DNA of 63,831 nt, filler included, from Xylographa opegraphella (lineage: Eukaryota): NCBI GenBank assembly GCA_022813865.1. It is 5 parts of 5 records of this genome, joined end to end, with 100 filler letters (N's around TTAATTAATTAA, not from the genome) between each part and the next. Parts side by side here need not be neighbours in the genome. Positions count along the whole stretch, not along the records: positions 1 to 14,851 come from JALDZX010000156.1; positions 14,952 to 28,978 come from JALDZX010000157.1; 3 more parts are not named here. The stretch is one strand, 5' to 3'. This document shows, piece by piece, positions 12,976-24,900 of this stretch; position 1 is the stretch's first letter; every line of letters starts with the position of its first letter. The notes under the pieces are model-generated. The model was not told the DNA's origin and did not search any database. It worked only from the letters and a program-made list of their open reading frames with translations. The translations under genes and the position numbers were made by a program.

Positions 12976-13781
12976 TAAATAATAAATAATTTCAATTTTA
13001 TTGCCTCGTAAATACTATTTTCTAAAACCCTGCTTTAATTTTTAAAATACGATTACTTTTATTAATATTAATTTATAAAGATTTGGCGTTTTATATTATT
13101 TTTTTATTTTAAAGTCGTTTTCTAGTAATTAATTCTTGCTGTATTTCCGATTTCGTATTTACGTTTTATAATTTTTCTATAATTTATTACGATTTTTATA
13201 TACACCTCGATTGTTTAATTTATAATTTCGATTGCGATATCAATTTTTATTGATTTTTTTCACTAAATTTTTCAATATTCTGCGATATATTATAATTAAA
13301 GTATCGTTATTTTACTTTATTTCAATTACGAACTATTGAAATCGAGTCAAGTATTTTGCGCAAAATTCTTTTTATTTAAAATAATATATAATTCGTATAA
13401 TTATATTTTTTTCGTTTAATAATTTTAAAATCCTTTTAATTTCGATTTTAAACGTTGCAATTTTTTTAGTCATTCAAATTTTTCATTGTTAAAATCCTCA
13501 CAATATTTTTTAAAATAAAAAACGATTTATTTTTAAACTTGTTCTCTTATAAATTTAATGGCGAAAAAGATCTTTTTAGCTTTAAAATACTATTTTTTGA
13601 AATTTAAAAAATATATTTATTTGTATAAGCCAGCTTATTAGGTTATTTTTTTTTATTTTTTTTATTGGGTTTTTTTAGCTTAACGTGATTATTTTTTTAT
13701 AGTATTTTTAATTATTTTTTACAATATTTAACGATGGGTTTAATGGTGTTTTTAATATATTTATTTTAAAAATATTTAAAA

Positions 13782-14126
13782 TATTACGATTTTAATATTT
13801 TTTAATATAACTCGATTAAGAATTTAAATTAAATTCTTTAATAAATAAATAAAAAAATATAACAATGAATTTATAATTTTTAAAGATAATATTTTTCGTA
13901 CCAAATTATATTAAAATTTTATGTTTATAAATTAAATTATAATATAAATTAAATACGCTTCTCATAATAAATTTTTTTTATATAAAAGTTCTGTTTAAGA
14001 TATTTTTTGTACCTTGAGTACCCCTGACTTTAAGCATCGAGGGCATTAAAGGTATCGAGCCGAAATATATTTCGAAAATTAGTCCTTTCAGGCCTAATTT
14101 ACCCTCCAAAAATGAGAATTTTAACA
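13782..14126 (-). repeat. 5' LTR of gypsy element
   Basis: Direct repeat of 8888-9237. Inner TG mutated to TA; outer end TTAACA intact. Confidence 0.85.
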
Positions 14127-14788
14127 CGCCGGGGCTACGTTTAAACTTTTATATCGCTAGTATGTTTACATTTTTAATTAATAATGGTATTTAAATTGCG
14201 TTTAATCGTTTTTGCGTATTATGTTATTATATTCGTAAATTTAAATATATATTTATTAAAAGTTCGTAAAATTAAATTTTATTCAATTATTTAAATTATT
14301 ATTTGTTTTTATTATTAACACTGAGAATACGGGTCGCTTAAATCCTTTTTTTTCGTTGATTAAAACGAATTATTTTTTATTTTAAATAATTTTATCGGAA
14401 TCTTAAAATCGAGCCTTTTGCGTTTATTTAATATCATTCATTACTATTAATTCGTAAACTTCGTACTTTCGATTATTTCGTTAAATATAAAATTTTAGTT
14501 ATTGAATATCGCTAAACTTGCTCGCGTAATACGTTTATATAATATTTTATAAAATCTTTCTGATTTATTTTTAAAAATAATATTGATTTATTTTTTTTAT
14601 TTTTCCATATCGAGTACGCGTTTTTAAATCAGGCTATTTTAAGAACTTTCAGGCCCGGGTAAAACCTTTCGTTTTTTAATAATTTTTTAAGGGTTTTTTA
14701 TTTTATTAATATTTAATATAATTTGAAATTTATATATTAATACGAAGAATATCTGGCGTAAAATCTACGCGAACGCGGAGAATTTTGT

Positions 14789-14851
14789 TTATTTTTATTT
14801 TTATTTTTATTTTTATTTTTATTTTTATTTTTATTTTTATTTTTATTTTTA
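14789..14851. repeat. (TTTTTA)n simple repeat at contig end
   Basis: Tandem hexamers running into the gap. Confidence 0.9.
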
Positions 14852-14951
14852 NNNNNNNNNNNNNNNNNNNNNNNNNNNNNNNNNNNNNNNNNNNNTTAAT
14901 TAATTAANNNNNNNNNNNNNNNNNNNNNNNNNNNNNNNNNNNNNNNNNNNN
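14852..14951. other. Artificial contig linker (N-TTAATTAATTAA-N)
   Basis: 100-bp spacer carrying a six-frame stop motif; identical to three other spacers. Confidence 0.97.
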
Positions 14952-15013
<62 letters not shown>

Positions 15014-15021
15014 GTATGTAC

Positions 15022-17212
15022 CTGGGCAGCATGTCGGCGACGGTACAGCCGTCGAGGTCGACGTAGCCGGCGCGCACGGAGTTGGCATGCATGAGTTCTT
15101 TGCGGTAGCCTGGGACGGCAGTTGTCAGCAGTGGTACCTCTGGTCTGCGAGACGAGCCGGGTTTTCCATAATACGGACCGATGTTGAGATGCGAAGCACA
15201 TTTCTTGCACGACTCTCTTTTCGCCGATCCCGAGTCTCCCGAGGCCGTGCTGCGGAGGTTTTGGATGTCCATCTGGTCCTTGCAGCGCTCGCACTTGATC
15301 GTGAGGGAGAGGGAGGTGAGTTCGAGGAGTTCGATGCCGTGGAGCTCGAGGTAGGGGAATGATAGTAGAATGCCTCGCTCTGGTGCCGTGCTCGTAGCCT
15401 CGGGAATCTTGTCGAGCTCGACCCCTAAGTCCTCGTCCGCCGAATCGTCCTCTGAATCGTAGGCGTCTGAGGAGTCGCTGTCTTCCTCCTGGTCATCATG
15501 GCCTGGCACACCCCATTCGGGAGGTCGCGGTATGACATGGACGTGGCTACGGTCGTCCAGTGTGTTGCTTGGTGCTGAACTGCCGCTGTCAGTGACATTT
15601 GATGCACTAGCATCCTCTAAACGTAAAGATGCAATATTGGCTGTAATCGGTGCTTCTGGAGGATCTTCTTTCATGGGCGCAGTAGCAAGGACATGCATAT
15701 TCTGCGACAAGTAATTCACGTGAGCCATCAAAGTCGACTCTGAACTCTCACGAGCCCTCTGCTCAAACGCCTTCTCCGTATGCAGAGCCGCCTCGCGTGC
15801 CACTCCCAGGACCTCAATCCTGCACGGTTGCAGCGGATACATCAGCGGAACAAACAGCCTGATAGAATTGACAACCTGTAAGGAAACCGGTAGGTTTCCT
15901 CGTCTGCGAGGTTCAATGGGCAGAGTGTAAGCAATGCCATCGGAAGACTTGTAGTAAAGGGGCAGCCGACCCAGCCGCGCTTCAAGCTGTCGAGTCTCGA
16001 CTTCGCGCCTGGCCGCAGCATCGCGTCGTTGCTCCGGAGTGAAGGTCTGCTCCGGCATGGGCAATGGCTTTGGGACAATAGCTGGAACCTGATCGCGCGC
16101 ATGTTCCACCTGTATCCTTTGAGATGGGTTTGTCGAAGCCCTCGCATTAGACACCAGTTTCATGGTATCCGCTTTCGGCGCTGTGAGCAGGGACTCGAGG
16201 CTCTTGTCCAAGCCATTCATCAGTCCGAGTAAAGTGGTCTGCGGCGACTTTGCCACTAACGCACCGAAGCCTTTCTCGACGTTGATCTGATACCCTCGTC
16301 CCATCTCCTTGTTCTTCACATCAAGGAACGGCTGCCCCTTGCCAGGATATCCAGCCGGTACATGCAACACGCACTCCAGTCCCGCCATTTCGAACGGGAA
16401 GTCCGGGTCTGAGGGCGCCATGGAGAAGGCCAGGGCCGTCCCATCCGCTTCAGCCATTTCTGTGGGCGAGAAACGCCTCCGCAGCTGCTGGATCTGGAAC
16501 TCCCGCGGGTCCTCCACCTGGACCCGGGATACCGGTTTCTGCACCACTCGGGACCTATCCACCTGCTGGGGCCCATTCCGGCGGGTGCCCAGCTGGGCGG
16601 TCGCTTTGACATCTTGAGTACCCGCTACCGTGCTCGAAGCGCTCTGAGAAGCTGGAGCTGTTGCCTTCGCCGGTTGACTTGGCTGTGATGTACTGGCCGT
16701 AGCGCTCTTGCTCTCTGCGTTCTTGGCCAACGATGCAGAATCGTGGACATAGGGGCACGCATCCCCAGCTCGACAACCTGTTCAACGAATTAGAACCATC
16801 GCACACCCCGACAGCGCGCTAGAAAACACAAGATCATTGCTCGCATCAACGTCGTCCCGCAATGCGCGCTAGGAAACACAAAGCCTCTGCAGGAAGGCAA
16901 CAACAAAACTGCCCAAGCAACGCGCGCGACAACCCTAAGCACCATTTGACCCAAACCCCAATCACATGCCTCACAATCGCCAGCATAAATCACAGTCACA
17001 ACCCCCTTATCGCGCGGCTCGCCCCGACTCCTTTCCTCGAACCCACCAATGGACAACCCCGGCCCCACCCGAACGCAGCACCAAATCAAAAAACAAATCA
17101 ACAATTCTTCGGAGGCGACAACGGAGAGAAAAAGCGACCAACCATTCCTGGATGCATAAAACCGACAAACCGCCTTCCCCTTCCGTGGCCGCTGGCCCTG
17201 TGGCTCGCTCAT
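15022..17212 (-). CDS. CCCH zinc-finger protein of the fungal CCCH/CHY-domain family, 3' truncated by contig end
   Basis: ATG 17212. Exon 1 (17212-17143) spliced to exon 2 (from 16777) rebuilds C-x8-C-x5-C-x3-H (CRFYASRNGCRAGDACPYVH). Also PSDPDFPF motif and CERC...CKKC. In-frame 69-nt intron near 15110-15178; donor GTACAT at 15021. The CHY domain itself is not visible. Confidence 0.8.
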
Positions 17213-18215
17213 TGCCTGCCCACCAGCCAGAACCCCTAAGCGGCACCATTTCGTGAGCGTGTGACCGCAGACCAAAACCGCCAGCGCATCAAGAACAAAG
17301 CGCATCAGGTGCGCCAGCCCACCATACACACAGCCTCATACCTGCAGCCGCGAGATCGTCCGCCATTCCTCTCCTGCGAAAAAAACAAAAACCCGCCGCC
17401 GGGTTTCGGTAGATAGGGTAAGTAAGCACCGGGTGTTGGGCTGACTTTGTTGTTGTTAGTTCTGGGGCGGGTTCGGGCGGCGGAGTTAGCCCGGGTGGGG
17501 GTTGATTGTTTTTTGGTGGTGGGGAGGTGGTCAGATGGGATGCGGGAGTGATGAGTTGGCAGTCAGCTGGTTTCTGCTCCTCTCCTCCGGATCTTCGCTT
17601 CGCGGATTGAAGCGCGGCGGGGTGATGATTGTAGATATTCGCCGTCTGGGCTGGGGGGGGGGGGGGGGTGAGAGTGACTCACGCGAGTGATGAGTCTTTG
17701 ATATTTTTCCGTCGTTGCTTGCATCATACGTACGTGCTGACGGGACCGGGAATCGCTCTTGCCAACGCTGGTCGTGGGGCATTGGCCTGTCATCCTGTCG
17801 ACGGTTCTAGCAAGAAACGCTGCCACAACCCAATCAACCCACACAGCTCCTTCGTGTACTGTGTGTAACAGAGCCATTACTGACACGAGCAAAGCAGTAA
17901 TTAATTACAGTTCCATGCTCCCACACCCCCCGTACCGCGATACCACTCTCGCCCCCACCCTCCGCCCTGAGACCCCCACGCCCTCGTCCGATCTCACGCT
18001 CCCCACAGCACACCACCCCTATCCGAAATCCCAACCACTACTCCGTACATATGTACGCAATCCAACCCCCCCCAATCTCCCCCTGTCCCACCAAACACCC
18101 CGGCGACCGCCCCCCCATCACACACACACGCGCCCATGCGCCCCCTGACTCAGGCGTGCATACCGACCCCTACGCCACGCGCATGCCATCACAGCCCAGA
18201 ACGTGGGAAGCCCAT

Positions 18216-18216
<1 letters not shown>

Positions 18217-18256
<40 letters not shown>
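18217..18256. repeat. (CA)n microsatellite
   Basis: About 20 CA units; source of the spurious HT-repeat ORFs. Confidence 0.95.
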
Positions 18257-18259
<3 letters not shown>

Positions 18260-20242
18260 ACACACAAGAGCACCGCACGCCGTGGAAGCGGGTGCGAACG
18301 ACCAGCCAACCCGGACGCCACGCCGCCCACCCCCCTCTCTCCCGCACTACTGCCATTGCTCGCAGCAGATAACCGGTTTGGGGGCGGTGGGGGGGAGGGA
18401 GGGTTTGCTGCCTTCCGCATCTGGGGGGGGAGGTGGGTGGCGGATGAGCGGTGAAGGGGAAGGAGAGGGTGTGATTGGAAAAGGAAAAGGAACAGGCTCG
18501 AGGGTTTCTGCGTTTGAGTGTAGGATGGATAGATGAATAGTAGGTAGCATAGACTACCTACCATACCTTACCTTCTCAGTCCTCCTACAACCCAATCCTC
18601 AAGCCCCTCTTCAGCAACAAAGATGCTCAGCACGAGGGCAAACAACCAGGAAATACGCACACAAAGCAACTCGATCATCATCATCCCCATCCTTCCCCAC
18701 CCCCAGGCCCGGCACCGCGCGCAGGATGCCCCCCGTCCTCACCGCCGCAATCCATCCCTTCCTTCTCCAAGGCCCGCACCCGCGCCGCGCCGCACCCGCA
18801 CGAGCAAACGGGCGAAGCAGAGCACCAGCGATCGATCGGGGCTTTCCACTTCCCTCCCCTTGCAGCGCAGCGCACGTAGCGGATATGTGTGGTTTTGTCA
18901 CGCCGAGTGAAATTCGCTCACATCGTCAGCAGTAGTATTCACCAACGCAACGACGAGATGAGAGGAGACGAAACGAGCCGTTCAGCGACCCGGCTGTAAA
19001 TTCAATCGCTGGCTCGAATCTACTGCCTCGTAAAAGCCCCGAAGGCCCGAAGGGCCGAAGGGAGGTGTGGGAAGAGGAAAGATGAAACGCGCTCGCTGCC
19101 GCTGTCGATACTACCTACGTAGGATGGGCTCCTCGTCCACGTGTATTACCCCCCCACCACCTACTCTAGAAAGCACCATCGGAACCTTTCGACTGCGACA
19201 TGTTTACCCCCCCGTGTCACCGTGGTGGGGGAGGACCGGGGGTTGCAAGAGTCCGCACGCCGATGGAATACGCCGAAGGGATACGTCCGTAGCTGGCTCG
19301 GCGGTCTGGGGGAGACGTGCATGGAGAGTACCTTAAGGCAGGCAGGCAGGTAGACAGGCCGACAGGAGGAAGGGAGGGGGGGAGGGGGGATGTAACGGTC
19401 CGGCCACGCGGGTGCGCCGAAAGAGGCAATCCACCGGTCGCAGGGCAGACGACGAGCGTTGTGTGTGTGTGTGTGCACGGGTGGAGTCACTTGCAAAAAA
19501 CTCATGCATTGCACATGGGCACACGGGAATTGCATCAGCACAACGATGGGATTTGTGGGATGTCAATTCATTTTGAAGCCCCGGCGAAGAGCACAAAACG
19601 GTGCTTCTGGCGCGGGGTGCCCTAAAAAAAAAATGCACTATTGTTTTCTCTCTCCCAAAAGCACGGGCAAAGCGGGAGCCAAAATGTAAATCATGGCTCC
19701 ACCGTTTGCCGTGAGACTTTTCTTCCAGAAGCCTCGGCCGAAGCTTCGTCCCCCTTACTCGTTGAGCCTGCCATATGTGCGCGGTGCGCAACATTCATCC
19801 CCCCCCCCCCCCACCCCCCCCACACTCCCTCGCCAGTGGCGCGGAAGACCGGCCATTGTCCGAATTTCGCGCTCCTGGTCCACGACGGGTCCGGGGATGC
19901 CGAAGAAGCGGACAGCCCAACACGTCCTCCTCTGTCGCCGTGTGAGTCCCATATATGCAAAGTATTAAAGTATGCAACGCGTGGTAAGATGCCGAATGCC
20001 GGGAGCACAGGGGCAGTGGTATCACGCAAAGTAATGTTCAGCTCCAGATATGTGTGATTAATGCCGCCGGATTACCAGTTGCGCCTGTCGTGGTCACCGC
20101 CAATAGTGAAGAGAATGCCCGGAAGCCCTGTTCGATGTGTAAATGCAGTCAAGTACCGCTAAGAGCAAATAGTCGTGAAAGTCTGATCGAATTGATGAAA
20201 GTCGTTATGGTTCTAAAGTGCGTGAGCACCGATCCTGTACTG

Positions 20243-21960
20243 TTACCATCCCTTTTGATGATATTCGCCGAGGCCGTGGTCGAAGTAATTATTCCACGAA
20301 TTGTTCTTCGATGTGTTCCCGGATCCGCTGTTGTCGGGAAACTTTTTGAGGTTTGCCATGTCATGTGCGGTGTGTCTCCGCTTCAGCACAGCGTTTGCCG
20401 TAGTGTTCTTCTGTTGCCGTTCCCATAGGAGGTGCTTGCGCAGTGACTCCGTCAATTCTGTGGCCAACATGTTCCGTCGCGTTGTGCGAGGGGAAAGCGC
20501 CGGTGGGTGGATATTTGAAGTGGTCATGATTATCGGTCGCGCTCCTGGCACCTTGTGTTCTTGTGATGGAAGCATTGAATCTTCATCCGGTGACGCGGCT
20601 ACCGAAGGCCCATTGGGCGATGAAGTCCGGGATCTTCTATGCAACACAGGTTGCGACTTTGACGATTTGAGTGCCTGCTCCGCGAGTGCTGCAGCTCGGT
20701 CCGGTTGATGTATCAGAGTAGTCAGTAGAGATCGACGGGATGGTAGGTGGGGTCGTGAGTCCACACGCTGGAACATGTGCTTCTCGTTGACGCTCGATGT
20801 CCCGCTGTCTGTCGCAGAGTCTTCCCAATCCGACGAATCTTCTTCATCCTCAATGGCACTTTCCGAGACATTCTCTTCGTCGTCTGATTCAAACACATCC
20901 TCGTCTTCGTGCGAGCGGTTGCTGATGGTTCGTGATTCCACCTCGTCCTTGAAAGACGTTTGCTTCTTGTCCGAGGGTGTGTTTTTGAGGCCAGCGGTGA
21001 GGCTGCTTTGCTTGGAGGGCTGGGTAGACATCTTCTCTTCGAAGGAACTCTCGTCTTCCCCCGAGGAGCCTCCGAGCATGAACAGACCGGCTTTCCTTTT
21101 CGAATCATCGGTCTTCGGATGCAGGCTGGACTTCGCAGGAACGGGAGTTGGCGCAAGGTGGGTGTGCGATCGGAACGAGGACGAGATTTGACTGGGAGAG
21201 AAGCCGCGGACGACGCTGTGGGATGTGACGAGCTCTGCACTGGTGTCGGAGCCACCAGCTCGAGCCCCATCACTAGCACAACTTAAAATACTCAAGATCC
21301 CTGTCGATGTCGTCGAGGAGTCGGACGATTGACGACACGATTTGCGTGCGGGAGATGCGGATCGAGGGGTGGTGTCTGCGGTAGGAAGCGAGAGGGGAAC
21401 GTTCTCGGTGATGGAGGGTGATAGCGGTACGATGTCTTTCTTCTCTTTGATGGATTGGACCATCTTCTCCAGACCCAACGAGGTGAGGTGCTTTTCTCGT
21501 CCACGGCTGCTGGTGAAGCTGCCCATGGAAGATGCAGGTGATGTGCGGACTATATCGACCGGCAAGACGTTCGACGAATGCGCAGAGTCGGGCTGGTGTG
21601 CGTAATCCGAGGCGAGTGAATCCACACTGGCGGACAGCTCTGGCAGATCCTTAGAGGCCAGGCGTGCGCTTCGCAATTCAATCATCGGTGTCGTGGTGAG
21701 TTGGGGTTGAGATTCGCAGCAGAAAGTCTCTCTGTTCCAGATCCTCCAGCTGAGGTTCTCTAGCCGTCGGCCCTCTTCCATCGACTCCGCACACCTAGAA
21801 AAGACTGGACGATGCGGTGTTAGTGGTGAACAGGAACATCATATGCGTTGAATGCCTCACCTTGCCACATGCCAAAGAGGTTCTCAGCATTTCGGGTATC
21901 GATCTTGTGCATCTTATTGGCGTCGACCATCAAGACGGGAGCCGCTAATCGTGTCGGCAT
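20243..21960 (-). CDS. DUF1752 + DUF3295 domain protein (putative nutrient-signalling regulator)
   Basis: Exon 1 21960-21861 (MPTRLAAPVLMVD...LFGMWQ), GT-AG intron 21860-21805, exon 2 VFSRCAESMEEGRRLENLSWRIWNRE (DUF1752). C-terminal LSPRTTRRNMLATELTESLRKHLLWER and EYHQKGW. Confidence 0.88.
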
Positions 21961-24900
21961 GGTTGCGAGAGAAGTCCTCAGACGCTGGGGACGGATTACT
22001 ACGACGCCAGGACCAGAGATGGAAGACGAAGACGAGAGGTGGTGGGAGCGGTTGGTGTTGAGTTGGTAATGTCCAGTGCGGATCGGGTGCGTCAGGGCCT
22101 GGACCTTTTTTCCCCGAGGTACACGGATAAAGAGACGGACGGAGCCAGGAGTCCACAAATAGGCGTAATTAAGCGTGGAGCTGACGATGGCGAAGGGCGA
22201 TGAATGCGATGTATGCCGGTTGCGAACGAGTGATGGCCGTCTGGGCAGAGTCGGAACAACGAAAGAAGTGGTTTTTCCTTTGTTCTCCCCTTGGTAAGAG
22301 AATTTGGACGGATAGGGGCGTTGAGGGGGGAAGGGGTGGTTGTTGGTGGTGGTGAATTGGGGGAAGTGATGCAAGGTGGAGGACAGCGACTGGTTTTGAA
22401 TGAATGGGGGGAGGGTGTGTGGGAAGATGTGTGATGGATGGGATGCGGTGTGCAGCGCTCCGTTACGCTGTCGGTCGGGTCAGGTAAGGTAAAGCGGTAG
22501 ATAGCTTCGCTAGTGCCAGCCGTACCCCGTACTGGTCACTTTCTTTTTTCGTTTTTCGTTTTTCGTTTTTTGGTTTTTCGTTTCCTGTCAGCGTGCAGCC
22601 CCAGTGTCGCTCTGGCCTTCCTTTTACGCCTGGGGGTGTAGTCGTGAAGACCGGTACAGGGGAGCGCCGCAGCGAGATGGCAGGAGGGCCGGGTTTTGAA
22701 GGGGGGGAGGGGGGCAAGGGGGGTGGTGGATGAGTTGATAGAGGGACGAGTCGCGAGGTGACGGGAGAGCTGGTGGAGGGGGGCGGTAGGTGGAGAAGGC
22801 TTTGGGGGGGGTGCTTAGGTGCCCCGATGCGCGAAAAGGTTAATTGGAGCCCCAGTACAGAGCACAGATTCTTTCCACGCAAGTTCCGTCACGTCCGTCG
22901 TCGTCGGTGAGTGCGGCGTTTGGCTGGGATCACGGCGTGTAATAAGTAATACCGAGTGAAAGTGATACTCGCGCTGGTCATCGATTATCTGGATCAATGC
23001 GCGGCCGCTTTCGGATTCTCTCGAGCGGTGGGTCGCACGGGCAGCAGCTGGCTTTGACTTTGAGCTGGGTCCGTGAAGAAAAGGTGACGGGCACGCGGGC
23101 AAGGGGAAATAATATCGTTGCGGCTTCTCGTGTCAAACCCAAAATTCATCCATCATGCGGAGGGGGCGGTTGTCTTTATCACCAAATCTGCCGGTCTTGC
23201 CATTAAAACACCCACGTTGGAAAATTCATATTATTACTCGCATTATTATACACACCCTGTTTCTCCTCCCCCCATTCCTTCTAGCCCTTGGCTCCCACCA
23301 GCACTAAGCGGACGTTGTCCCACCCATCCGAGCAACGACCAGAGAGACGGTGAACCAGCCACCGTACCGGGGAAGTGGAAGCTGTTTGAGCTTCCTTGCT
23401 CGCCTCCTCCTCATCCGGCGCTCGAACCGGGGGCCTGTCTCTCCCCATTCGTCTCCCCGCCCTACCTTCCACCCCGTCGACCCTGTCCGCGCAAAGGTTC
23501 TGAGTCGGATGGAATTATGATCAGTGATTACGTCGAAGCACTGGGCGATGGCCAGCACGCCTGGCTATGGATCACACTGCAACCCCGGATCGACGTGAAA
23601 CAGAGCACTTCTACCTGGACTGCGGAGAACCCTTCCTTTTGCCTGGCGTGGGGAACATGTCACAATCCCATCGGCGCGCCCTTGCTACTCGTTACTAACA
23701 TCTTCCTAATATCCGGCAGACGGAATCGTTGTTGGAGATGGAAGGGAGGTCCAGGGCATCCGACAAGCTTGTTCGTTAGTCCATTAGTCCGCCCCAAAGA
23801 GACGGTAAATTACGAAGTACTTGTGCTCTGGTGACACACGGCCTCGGTACTTTGACGGTGGACATCCTGGCTCCTGGCCTCCAGCATCCGATTCAGTACG
23901 GAGGTACAGTACTCTCCTTCTAGAAGATCCTAGTCGAGCGGAGGAAGTGAGCTAGGAATGAGTAGATGGGATTCCGATCAATTCCCCACCGGCAACCCCA
24001 TCGGCCTCCCTGATCCGTCGAACAGAAAGGAATCGTTCCCGGAGTCTAAGAGTTAGTGCATCTCGTCTACACAAGATGCTATCCGTCTGCAACACGGACA
24101 GATGAAGCCGTCTCAGCTCAGCCAACGCAGCGCGCAGACCACACGACCAGATCAGACGGAGGGCAAAAGCACAGCTCACTGCCGCTAGCAGTTGAGGCGC
24201 ACTGGGCTTGAGCAGTAGGAGCGTAGACGAGGTACATTGTAAAGGATCCTGTTTGGGTGCAAGGTCTCAATGTCGGTCGACACATGACCGTGGCCACCAG
24301 CAGTTTAACCGGTTTCTCGCTGGCTGTTAGGGCCGTCGCGCATAAGGCAGCGAACGTCAGCAGCGACACAGCGAACAACGCACCGTCTCGCCGACAGCGC
24401 GTGACAGGCGTTGACAGAAGAGTAGTCTTGTGGTAGTTTCTCTACTACTTGTTGTCGAAAGACGGACGATCGTCCAACCGCGACGGCGGGTTGGACGAGG
24501 CTCTCGGGACCGAAGCTCTCGGGACCGAAGCTCGAGCCTCTGTCATCGAGACTGGGTCGACTGGTTCCCCCCAGCTTTTAGCATCCAAGCCCGAAAGTCA
24601 CACACGCCCTCCAATCGCCGTCGAGCCTGCTGACATGCGACAGATGCCACCGGCATTGCCATCAGCCACGATGCACGCCCGCCACGCCGACCTTTGTTGG
24701 TTGAATTCCTGCCCATCGGGACCCGATGACTGCCACGTTGCTACACTGCGTCCGAACATCGAAGGACGTGTTCGGCCCAGGTCGAGCACTCGCCGTCGAG
24801 GCCGGTTGGGGATCAAAAAGAAACGACTGCGATCTTACTGGTGCTCGTGTCATACAAAATCACACACCGGTGGTCTAGGCGCTCGGAGAGCTGAGCGCGA

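Larger units (their letters stand above)
8888..14126 (-). mobile_element. Complete RIP-inactivated Ty3/gypsy chromovirus with both LTRs and TSD
   Basis: Direct repeats of about 350 bp at 8888-9237 and 13782-14126, TGTTACG...TTAACA. TSD CGTCG/CGCCG differs by one C>T. RT relic YLND at 11915-12106. Chromodomain relic YLIK*KGHLKSNNT*K near 9815-9870. Confidence 0.9.

Noticed and set aside
14896..14907. TTAATTAATTAA motif repeated four times between N runs
   Set aside because: Artificial six-frame-stop linker, not biological. No gene-neighbourhood inference is valid across it.
14952..15012. Poly-proline C-terminus in the ORF track
   Set aside because: The poly-G run at the contig edge lies after a splice donor (15021); it is intronic or a sequencing artefact.
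17300..20200. Numerous Pro/His/Gly-rich ORFs
   Set aside because: Products of GC-rich low-complexity intergenic DNA and (CA)n; no motifs or consistent exon structure.
24118..24378. Signal-peptide-like, Cys-containing 86-aa ORF (possible effector)
   Set aside because: Starts at TTG, not ATG; no supporting gene structure seen.
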